Shown one piece after another: positions 49,345-58,593 of a stretch of 64,000 nucleotides of DNA. Source of the DNA: Centroscyllium fabricii (taxonomy: Eukaryota); the NCBI GenBank assembly GCA_051313645.2, contig JBNRSN020000001.1, forward strand, positions 80,166,001 to 80,230,000, in the 5' to 3' direction. The number at the start of each line of letters is the position of its first letter. The first letter of the stretch is position 1. Under the pieces are notes generated by a model. The model worked only from the letters and a program-made list of their open reading frames with translations. It had not been told where the DNA came from and made no database searches. The position numbers and the translations under genes are program-made.

Positions 49345-49665
49345 ATAACTCCCGCTTCTCCAGTCTCTCCACATAACCGAAGTCCCTCATCCCCTGGCAC
49401 CGTTCCAGTAAATCTCCTCCGCACCCTCTCCAAAGCCTTGGCATCCTCACTGGTGATGGGTAGGGGTGAGAACAGCATTTGCCTATCTCAATGTAACTGG
49501 CAGCAGAACAAGTGTTTAGTACAAAGAATTCTCAAATTCAGCATTAATTATCACTAATTTTGTGACCTTTCCTTTGAGAAGAATTTAAGAGTTATTGTGG
49601 AAATGCAAATATCACACTGGTGCAGCGAGAGCAATTCTCAACTCGAACTTTCGACTGTTTTGCAG

Positions 49666-49776
49666 ATTCCCAGCTCAAGGGCATAGTGACCAGGTTATAT
49701 TGCAGGCAAGGCTTCTACTTGCAAATGAACCCTGATGGAGCTGTCGATGGAACAAAAGATGACAGCACTAATTCCA
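49666..49776 (+). CDS. FGF14: Internal coding exon (exon 2) of fibroblast growth factor 14 (intracellular FGF/FHF family)
   Basis: Acceptor GTTTTGCAG, donor GTAAGT, 111 nt, phase 1-1. It translates (D)[36 protein letters not shown], against FGF14 [37 protein letters not shown] as I recall it. The TKDDSTNS end distinguishes it from FGF11, FGF12 and FGF13. Confidence 0.93.
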
Positions 49777-50107
49777 GTAAGTGTTGACTATATTCAGATC
49801 TCACAGTGACTACATTTTAAGAGTACTTCATTGGCTGTAAAGTGCTTTGGGACCTCCTGAGGCTGTGAAAGGCGCTATAGAAATGCAAGTCTTTCTATAT
49901 TTTGAACTGTCCCTCGTTATAATGCATGAAGGGATTACTGAGGATATTTTAGAACATCCTACTGGAATGAAGAACTCTTCTTGGTTATTCTTTAATCGCT
50001 GTGCTATTACATTTTGGTTTACAAGAGGTAACTTAATGCTAAATCTTAAAATGATGAAATTATTTAAATTGTTTAAAATGAACAGAAAACCTATTGCACA
50101 TTTTGTT

Positions 50108-50233
50108 TTGATGTGGAGGTGCCGGTGTTGGACTGGGGTGGACAATTGTAAGAAGTCACACAACACCAGGTTATAGTCCAACAGTTTTATTTGAAATCAC
50201 AAGCTTTCGGAGCGTTGCTCCTTCCTCAGGTGA
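50108..50233 (-). mobile_element. Penelope-like element terminal fragment
   Basis: Hammerhead motif followed by AATAAA and CTGTTGGACTATAACCTGGTGTTGTG. A piece of the same sequence is at 41848-41878. Confidence 0.7.
50197..50233 (-). ncRNA. Minimal type I hammerhead ribozyme motif
   Basis: TCAC-CTGAGGA-A-GGAGC-AAC-GCTCC-GAAA-GC-TT-GTGA: stem I, CUGANGA, stem II, GAAA, palindromic mini stem III and UH. Confidence 0.75.
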
Positions 50234-50331
50234 GGTTTTGCAGTTGCTTGTCCAGGTCTCAAAGTTCTGAACATTGAAACATGCAATAGTTGAATTTTGG
50301 TGCACTTATAATTCTCTTATAAGGATTAGTT

Positions 50332-50650
50332 GGGCGGCATGGTGGCATAGTGGTTAGCACTGTTGCCTCACAGCGCCAGGGGCCTGGGTTCAAATCTGTC
50401 CTCGGGTGACTATCTGTGTGGAGTTTGCACATTCTCCCCGTGTCTGCGTGGGTTTCCTCTGGGTGCTCCGGTTTCCTCCCACAGTCCAAAGATGTGCGGG
50501 TTAGGTTGATTGGCCATGATAAATTGACCCTTAGTGTTCGGGGGATTAAATATGTGGGGTTACGGGGATAGGGTGGGATATGTGTCGGTGCAGGCTCGAT
50601 GGGCCGAAATGGCCTCTATCTGCACCGTAGGGATTCTATGATTCTATGAA
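50332..50650 (+). mobile_element. Full-length HE1-type V-SINE, short HER1 tail
   Basis: tRNA head, V-domain, (ATTCTATG)n end. Confidence 0.92.
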
Positions 50651-50714
50651 TGTAAAACAAGCACTGCAGTGAAAACATCTTCATTCAATTTGGATATTGG
50701 AGTTAGAGACTTTA

Positions 50715-51348
50715 AAATTGTCATCCTTGTGTTCAAATCCCACCATGGCCTCGCCCCCTCCCTACCTCTGTAATCTCCTCCAGCCCCACAACCGTCCAAC
50801 GGGCCTCTTGTTCATCCCCGATTTTAATCGCTCCACCATTGGCGCCATGCCTTCAGCTGCCTGGGCCCTAAGCTCTGGAATTCCCTCCCTAAACCTCTCC
50901 GCCTCTCTACCACCCTCTTCTCCTTTAAGACGCTCCTTAAAACCTCCCTCTTTGACCCAGCTTTTGGTCACCTGTCATAATATCTCCTTATGTGGCTCGG
51001 TGTCAGATTTTGTTTGATAATCGCGCCTGTGAAGCGCCTCGGGATGTTTTACATAGAAACATAGAAACATAGAAACTAGGAGCAGGAGCAGGCCATTCGG
51101 CCCTTCGAGCCTGCTCCGCCATTCAATGAGATCATGGCTGATCATCCAAACCCAGTACCCCGCCCCTGCCCTCTCCCCATATCCCTCGATCCCTATCGAG
51201 CCTGCATCGACACCCTATCCCCGTAACCCCACATATTCAATCCCCCTAACACTGAGGGTCAATTTATCCTGGCCAATCATCCTAACCCGCACATCTTTGG
51301 ACTTCGTTACTACGTTAAAGGTGCTATATAAATGGAAGTTGTTGTTTC
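50715..51348 (+). mobile_element. L2 3' fragment with a nested truncated HE1 SINE (51051-51303, minus)
   Basis: L2 tail split by the SINE. Confidence 0.8.
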
Positions 51349-51403
51349 ATTGTCAGTTTTACAGCATTCTTTGAACAGTACTCATTGTGATAGTGTAGCG
51401 CTT

Positions 51404-53115
51404 TGTAAGGAGCGTGCGCCGTATATTTTACTGTACGACTTGGGGTCCGTTACTGCCTTGCGCTAGCAGTCCGCTAGGCCTCGCGCAATAACCTCCTCCC
51501 CCGCGAGCGGTTCGAATCGCTCACTCTTTACGGTTCTAGACGCTGGACTTAGGTGCAGGAAGAGAGAGAGAGAGAGAGATATGGATACCGATTGGACTCA
51601 GATATTTTATACTCGAATAAAAGTTTGTAAAGTTGGAAGGTTTTTATTACACCAAGAGATATATTTACAGCAGTCAGGATAAAGGTTTATTACACCAAGA
51701 GATATATTTACAGCAGTTAGGTTGTATTTCATCAGAGTGACACAGTATGATACATCCACAACTGTTTCCCAAACAGATATATATAGGTACATACACAGAT
51801 AACTTATGGGATGGGGAACGCACGGCACAACGTAAATCGGGGCAATGACTCTATAAATACACCCCCTATAAACCACCCTTCCCTCTATTGCCTAGCTATG
51901 TCCAGGTGTGTAGGATCGAGGCACATGCTCACCACTCGGTAATACTCGGGATCTGCTACGAAGTTCCTCGCTTCTTCGGCTGCAGCGTCGGTCGTCACGT
52001 GGCTGTGGAAGATTCGGGAGTCCACTCGTTGTTTTCTCCCTTTGGGCGGCGGTCGCTCCTGCTCGGGCTGGTCCCGGACGGATTCCTCGAGGCTGCTCTA
52101 TCTCCTCGCACCAACCGCACCGTCTCCCTGGCTGAACCGGACCCTGGGGTATGCCGATCCTGCCCTCTCAAGCCGAACTGTAACGGGCTGCTAGCCTGAT
52201 TGTTCTCCCACTCTTCGAATGATGGTTTCTCTCGAGCCAACGGCAACCAGTCTTTTCTAACTCACTCACTTTGAATATTTGCTTCGCTAATGGGCCTCAG
52301 CAACTAACTACCTCACCGGCAATGGTTTTCCGATGCGATACTGCCCTGACCCAACTCTGCTGTCCTGCCAGAGCCTTCACCCTGCTTGCCCTGCGCCCAG
52401 AAAGCTGAACTGGAGTCTTCGAGAAAGACAGCCCACCCAAAGTCACTGCTAGACCTCACCGCTTCAAGAGGTCGCCTCCACGAGTCGATTCCAAGAGCCA
52501 AGAGATTCAAACCCCCCTCCTCCAGGGAGTCCGAGATGAAGAGAGATCGAACTGTGCAATGTCCTGCTAGTTATACCCCAAAGTCGAAATGCCTAATGTC
52601 TTTCCCATTAGAGCCTGTATTGTGTGTGGAAAGCGGTTACTGCACTCCTTTTGTCTAGCCAAGCCTGCCGGTAATAGTTTTGATGGTGGCTCTAACTTCT
52701 CCGGTTAGAGTCCCATTGTTTTCAAGGGTGCTAATCGCTTTCTGCTGGAAGGGTATACAATTTCTGTAGCTGGTTAAACGAGCCAGCTGCTTCGTTTTTG
52801 CAGTTGTTTTGGGTGTTTATTTAAACTGGGTGCATTTCTTTGTCGGGCTAATCGGTTTCTAAAAGGCAGGCTATCCATTTCCAGGTTTAACAGCGCCTTT
52901 ATGTCTGGTTTCTTCGCGGGCTTTTCGAGTTGAGTTTTAGTTTCGGTTTTGCACTATGCCATGTGGTCCGGCGGCCATCTTGGAGGCCCCTTTTCTCTGA
53001 TCAGGCCGCAGCCTGTCTTGTCTGTCATTGTCCAAATAAAAGAAAATGTGTATACTCCATCCTTCGTTTCTGGTCTTTGTGAATCCGATTTAACAGGGAA
53101 TATTGCGACCTTACA
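51404..53115 (-). repeat. 3' LTR (1712 bp)
   Basis: TGTAAGG...CCTTACA terminal inverted repeat; near-identical to 60519-62230. Confidence 0.97.
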
Positions 53116-53127
53116 GTCCCTCCTGTT
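53116..53127 (-). promoter_or_regulatory. Polypurine tract
   Basis: Minus strand AACAGGAGGGAC immediately precedes the 3' LTR. Confidence 0.7.
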
Positions 53128-53952
53128 GATTAGCATAACCCTGCTTAGCGAATCAATTAAGAAAGGTTGAGCAAGATTCCCGATTTTCCACACCTCAACT
53201 CTCCTGGTTACCTAAATTAACTCTTGCCCCATGACACATGCGGTTCCCATTCCCTTTAATCAACCTTGCATTGCCTTTACCCTGGGCAATCGTATATTTA
53301 CACCACCATGTCTTACACCTCCTGGTTCCTTCCACGTCTGCCAGGCCGATGCCTTCGTCTCCACCTGTTCACATCATTTATTAACTTGAAAGACATCACA
53401 CAACCATCCGGAACATATAAACACACACATTTCCCTTCACCAATCCCCCCATTTGTCCCCAAAGTTTGTACAGTGTTCTGGCGGTCTTCTGCAGCCACCA
53501 CCATCGGCTCGCTGGGATCTTCCTATCCCTCAACGGAAGTAAGTCCTTTTACCGATGATAGCGCCGGTCCTGGGTGCGATGGTCTTGATCCGGGGCACAT
53601 AAAACCAAGTCTCTCCACAAGCAGATTCCGACGTGCTGGGATGCTCCATTGGGTCCGTTCCCAGCCGTTCTTACTCCCCGGTGTGGCCCCGGCAGGCCAG
53701 TCCATCTTTGATGCCCGCACACGTCATCAGAATCCCCGCCTCTCTGGGTTCTGTAATCAAACAAAGGGGTTGCCGGCCTCCCAAGAGCGCCTGGCTGTGG
53801 TGAGATGTGCACGCCTCCTGGACAGATCCCATATTACCTAAACACTCCCCTTTACCTTTAACAAAAATACAAACTTAATCGGGCTACTCCCTTGACACTA
53901 CCAAACTTATTTTTTTCATTATATACAGTGCCGCCTCTCCCGGGCGGCCTAC

Positions 53953-56900
53953 CTATCCCCTGTCAGGGTCGTAGTGGGCCGCTCCCCGTGGCGGTGCCTT
54001 GCTGACCCTTCCCTTTGGTTCCCCGCAGCCTGTCGCTGCTTTAGATTCTCCGCAGCCTGGTGCTGCTTGTCGGGGGTGGATAATTATCCTTTTGCGGGGG
54101 CTTTTCCTGTTCCTGAGGGCATATGACGGTTCTGGCCAAGCTTTCCTGGGCGGGGGTACCCTTTCCGATCGACGGAGGGTGCCTTTAGGTACTGCTCCCT
54201 GGGCCGACGAACTGAGGACCGAGCCAGGTTGTGCTGCAGCCTGTGACTCCCTCACAGCTGCCAGCACCAACCCCTCTTCCTCCAGCTTCGCTTCCCAGGA
54301 ACCGAGAGCCCCCTGGGTCGACGACCTGAGGACCGGGCCAGGTCGTGCTACAGCCTGTGACCCCGTCACATCTGTCAGCATCGACGCTCCCTCCTCTCGC
54401 CTCGTCGACGAACTGAAGGCCGGGCCGGATCGTGCTGCAGCCTGTGACTCCTTCACAGCTGCCAGCACCGACCCTCCCTCCTTCAGCTTCGCTTCCCCGG
54501 GACTGGGATCTCTTGCGGCTTCTGACCTCACCTCACCTATCTCCTCAGGTGGTGAGTCTCCGCCCGCTATCCCTACCTCGTCGGCATTTGAGTCGAGAAC
54601 GGAACCCCCGTCCTCCGACCCCTCCTCCTCCCCTGTGATTGACTCTAGCACTGGGTCGCATAGGTCAATCAGGTCCAACCCTTGGTCGGGTTGGCCACTC
54701 GGATCCAACACTTGGTCGTGTTGGTCCATCGGATCCAACACTTGGTCGGGTTGGTCCGGCTCCTCCCCATCTGAATCCCACACAGCACGAGAGACCCTCC
54801 TCTCCTCCATCGGGGCCTCTCCTTTCACGCAGGCTACTTTACCTGCCTGCGCGACCTGTGGTCCTGCACTTGGCTGGGCGTTCCTACTCACAGGGCTTGC
54901 CCCTGTGGTCGACCCCTGCGTGCCCGACTTATACATTTTACATTGGTTTATATGGAACCACTTTGTGCGTCGGGGCACCTTCACCGCATAAACCATGGGG
55001 CTTGCCTTATCTACAATGCTGTAGGGCCCCATGTACAGTGGCTCTAAACTCCCGACCCGGGCATAGTTCCTCACCATGACCAGGTCTCCCACTTCCCATT
55101 CTTGCGTTCTTCGGGGCTCCAGCAACAGCTTGTTCCCCTGATGCTGTCTGCCCATGTTCCCTGCTGCCTGCTCGTGTACTCGCTTTAGGTGCTCGAACAG
55201 ATTTTGGGCAAACCTGTCCTTCTTTACCTCCTCGAGCTGTCCTTCCGTGAGCACCGGAGCTAGTACATGAGTGGGGGTACGCATGGCCCTTCCAGTTATT
55301 AGCTCGTGCGGGGAATATCCCGTACTTTTCGACTGGCTGGCCCTGATCCCCATGAGGATTAAAGGCAGGATCTCCGCCCATTTCTGGGGCGAGCCCATCG
55401 CCTCTTTCCTCAACCGTTCCTTAAGGGTACGGTTCATGCGCTCCACAATTCCTGACGACTGGGGGTTATGCGCTACGTGCCATTTCCCTTCAATGCCTAA
55501 GAGCATGAGGGTGTTCTGCATGACCTGGCCGGTGAAGTGACTCCCCTGGTCGGACTCCACAAAACGGGGAAGTCCCCACCGTGAGAACACCTCCCGGACC
55601 AAAATCCTGGCAGTACCTAAGGCCGTAGCCGTCCTACAGGGGAAAGCTTCTACCCATTTGGAGAACACGTCCACCAGGACGAGACAATATTTATAGCCTC
55701 CCTGGGCGGTGGGTAAGGGCCCTATATAGTCGACTTGGATCGACTGCCACGGTCCCTCCACCCTCCAGACGTGCCCCATCTGCGCTTTCCTTCTTTGGGG
55801 GTCTGGGTTGTTCGCAGCGCACACCAGGCAGCTGGCGCAGAACTCGCGGGCATCTTCCCTGAGTCCCGGCCACCACCCTGCCTGTTCCACCCGTTGCCAC
55901 GTAACCTCTGGCCCGGGGTGCCCTGCTCCTGGACCCTCGTGGGCCAATTGGAGAAATTCCCTCCTGTGCTGCTGCGGCACAACCCACTGTTCCTCCCTGA
56001 ACAACATACCCTCCTTAACGGAGAGGGTCGCCCTATTATATGGGCCCTCTACCTGCTTGTCCTCACTAATAGCTTTGAGGACAGCTTTTAAAACGGGATC
56101 CTGGTTTTGGACCGTTTTGAGATCCAAAGGCAAGGGAACCCTGGGGCGGTTCCCCTCCTTGTCCCGGATCGCTGCCACAGGTCCGGACCCGTAGGGGTCC
56201 CAGAAAGTGCCTTCACGAGCACCCTCCTTGGCCAGCGCATCCGCCCGCTGATTGCCTCCCCCACGTGGTTCCGTGGAAGAGTGAGCCTTCACCTTGTGGA
56301 TGAAGATCTCCCCTTCTTCCCCTACTGCCGCTAGGATCTTCTCCAACAAGGGCTTTACCGTTAATGGCCGCCCGTCCGCGGAAGTGTACCCGCGACGTGA
56401 CCATATGGCCAGATACTCCGTGCACGAGTTGCACGTAAACATACTATCAGAGCAAATTGTGTACGGGGTTGGGAAGATCTCGGGGTGGGTTACCACGTAC
56501 GCCACCGCCGACAGCTCGGCCTGCTGCGCGCTCATGGTGCGGGGAAGCTTAACCGCCAAGGCAATGTCTGCCGTAGGGTCAAAAATCCCGCAGCCCGTGA
56601 GTCGTTCGCCAGCCACCACCGTGCTGGAACCATCAACATAGATCTCGCGACCCGTGGGATGTATCCCGGCTCGCAGACCTATGTTCACCTCCCATACCCA
56701 CTCCACGGAACACCGATGGGTCGTTCCGGGGTACATCAAATTTGCTGCGAGCTTAGGCTCGCACAAACCCTCCACTTTTAAATCCATTTGGGACAACAGA
56801 AGAGTCCAGCGCGCAATTCTCGCGCTGCTCACGGTCCCATCCTTTATCCTCCCATCCAGAAGCATCCTGGTGGGCGTGTGGTGGGTGAGGAGAGTAATGG

Positions 56901-58593
56901 GAGAGGTTCCCGTGAAGATTAATGATCTCTTCACGGCCCAATGCGTGGCTAAGAGATGCCGTTCGCAGTTGGAGAACCCCCTCTCTACCTCCGTGAGTAC
57001 CCTTGAGGAATACACCACCGGTCGCAGCTTGCCGTGCCGCTCTTGGAGCAGCACCGCGCTCAAGCTGTCCTCGCCGGCTGCTACCTCCAGGGAAAACTCC
57101 TTCCCCCCCTCTATGGCCCCCAGGGCTGGCGCGGTTTGCAAGTCCCTTTTCAACTTTTCAAACGCCGCCTGGCAGCCCTCATCCATTGACCACCCAACTC
57201 CCTTATGTAAGAGTCGGAGCAGCGGAGCTGCTGTGGCTGCATAGTCCTCTATGAAGTCTCTGCAATAGCCGGTCAATCCCAAAAAGGACCTCACACCCTT
57301 TACGGTGGTCGGGATCGGTAGCTCCTGTACCGACTCCCTTCTGGCCTTATCTATGGCCCTTTCCCCCGCGCGGATGGTCAGACCCAGAAATTTTACTTCT
57401 GTCTGGCCAATCCGTGCCTTCTTCGGGTTTATTTTAAAACCCTTCCTAGCCAGTAATTCCAGCAGCTCGCCTAGCAATGGCAAGTGCTCATCCCTCGTGT
57501 CCGTGAACAGGAGTAAGTCGTCCACATACTGCACTATTTGATTGGGCTGACTAAACTCCTTTAAACTCCCTGCCATACATTGGTGGAAAATACTGGGGCT
57601 GTTGTGGAAGCCTTGCGGCAAACAATTCCACGTGTACTGCTGCCCTTTAAACGTAAAGGCAAACTTGTACTGATCCTCCCTCCGCAGCGGGATGGACCAA
57701 AACCCGTTGGAAATATCCAACACCGTAAACACCGTGGCGGAAGCGGGGATGCTCCCGATCAGGTCGGCAACTGCTGCCACCGTGGGCGCGCAGGCGGGGA
57801 TGTTACTGTTGAGGACCCGATAATCCACCGTGGCTCTCCATGAGTTGTCTGGCTTCCGTACGGGCCACAACGGAGAGTTCACATGGGTGGCTATCGGCCT
57901 CAACACGCCCTGCCGCACCAGTGAAGACATCGCTGTCTCCAGATCGGACTCCGCTTCCTTAGGGAAGTTATACTGTTTCTGGGGTCGGGACATGGGATCC
58001 CCCTGTACGCTAACCTCAAACCCTAAGACCCTCCCGCAATCGTGCTTGTGGGTCGCAAAGGCGTTTATATTACACGTTACGGCCGCCTGCATGTCGGCCG
58101 GAACCCCTTTGGACAAACTATCGAGGTCGTAACCTCCGGACGGCTTCATGGTGCATAGGGTCCCCTTCTCTTCTTCCTCCCCTATGACCACAACTTCACC
58201 TCTTCCACTTTCGGCTGCCCATAAACAGTGGTTCCTTAAGTCGATCATGATCCCGTGTGCTCCCAGAAAATCTGCTCCTACTATACCTCTGCCACCTCCT
58301 TCTTCCCATTTCAGTAGGATGCACTCCCAAGTGGTGTGGAGCGCTCCTAACTGAATGGAGAGTGGCCTAGAGCGCGCGCCCCCCTGTTCCTTGCCCGTAA
58401 ACCCTGCCAATGCAAAAGGGACTCCGGTGGACATTGGGGAATTAAACGGCTTCTCTGTATGGATCACGGTGCATGAGGCCCCCGTATCCAACAGATAATT
58501 CCCCTCCTGTCTCTCCACCTCCATTTCCACCAGAGGTCTCCTCCATGCATCATAACGGAGCGGACACAGGTAAATGGGCAGCGCGGGTCTTAG
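53953..58593 (-). CDS. pol: Pol: protease, RT, RNase H-like tether, RNase H, integrase with GPY/F, long C-terminal extension
   Basis: LLDTGAS; LPQGFHNSP; YVDDLL; degenerate RH; YVDGSS/AELSA/SDS/GNQRAD; HHCC, DYIGPLP, SDQG, VERMN; YMGPY. The frame is open from the codon right after the gag stop. Confidence 0.95.
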   Translation of the reverse strand, partial: LRPALPIYLCPLRYDAWRRPLVEMEVERQEGNYLLDTGASCTVIHTEKPFNSPMSTGVPFALAGFTGKEQGGARSRPLSIQLGALHTTWECILLKWEEGGGRGIVGADFLGAHGIMIDLRNHCLWAAESGRGEVVVIGEEEEKGTLCTMKPSGGYDLDSLSKGVPADMQAAVTCNINAFATHKHDCGRVLGFEVSVQGDPMSRPQKQYNFPKEAESDLETAMSSLVRQGVLRPIATHVNSPLWPVRKPDNSWRATVDYRVLNSNIPACAPTVAAVADLIGSIPASATVFTVLDISNGFWSIPLRREDQYKFAFTFKGQQYTWNCLPQGFHNSPSIFHQCMAGSLKEFSQPNQIVQYVDDLLLFTDTRDEHLPLLGELLELLARKGFKINPKKARIGQTEVKFLGLTIRAGERAIDKARRESVQELPIPTTVKGVRSFLGLTGYCRDFIEDYAATAAPLLRLLHKGVGWSMDEGCQAAFEKLKRDLQTAPALGAIEGGKEFSLEVAAGEDSLSAVLLQERHGKLRPVVYSSRVLTEVERGFSNCERHLLATHWAVKRSLIFTGTSPITLLTHHTPTRMLLDGRIKDGTVSSARIARWTLLLSQMDLKVEGLCEPKLAANLMYPGTTHRCSVEWVWEVNIGLRAGIHPTGREIYVDGSSTVVAGERLTGCGIFDPTADIALAVKLPRTMSAQQAELSAVAYVVTHPEIFPTPYTICSDSMFTCNSCTEYLAIWSRRGYTSADGRPLTVKPLLEKILAAVGEEGEIFIHKVKAHSSTEPRGGGNQRADALAKEGAREGTFWDPYGSGPVAAIRDKEGNRPRVPLPLDLKTVQNQDPVLKAVLKAISEDKQVEGPYNRATLSVKEGMLFREEQWVVPQQHRREFLQLAHEGPGAGHPGPEVTWQRVEQAGWWPGLREDAREFCASCLVCAANNPDPQRRKAQMGHVWRVEGPWQSIQVDYIGPLPTAQGGYKYCLVLVDVFSKWVEAFPCRTATALGTARILVREVFSRWGLPRFVESDQGSHFTGQVMQNTLMLLGIEGKWHVAHNPQSSGIVERMNRTLKERLRKEAMGSPQKWAEILPLILMGIRASQSKSTGYSPHELITGRAMRTPTHVLAPVLTEGQLEEVKKDRFAQNLFEHLKRVHEQAAGNMGRQHQGNKLLLEPRRTQEWEVGDLVMVRNYARVGSLEPLYMGPYSIVDKASPMVYAVKVPRRTKWFHINQCKMYKSGTQGSTTGASPVSRNAQPSAGPQVAQAGKVACVKGEAPMEERRVSRAVWDSDGEEPDQPDQVLDPMDQHDQVLDPSGQPDQGLDLIDLCDPVLESITGEEEGSEDGGSVLDSNADEVGIAGGDSPPEEIGEVRSEAARDPSPGEAKLKEGGSVLAAVKESQAAARSGPAFSSSTRREEGASMLTDVTGSQAVARPGPVLRSSTQGALGSWEAKLEEEGLVLAAVRESQAAAQPGSVLSSSAQGAVPKGTLRRSERVPPPRKAWPEPSYALRNRKSPRKRIIIHPRQAAPGCGESKAATGCGEPKGRVSKAPPRGAAHYDPDRG

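Noticed and set aside
50332-50405. tRNA gene
   Set aside because: It is the tRNA-derived head of a SINE, continuing directly into the V-domain.
53999-54991. 330-aa antisense ORF within the retroelement
   Set aside because: Shadow of the GC-rich repetitive pol tail, non-ATG start, low-complexity product.
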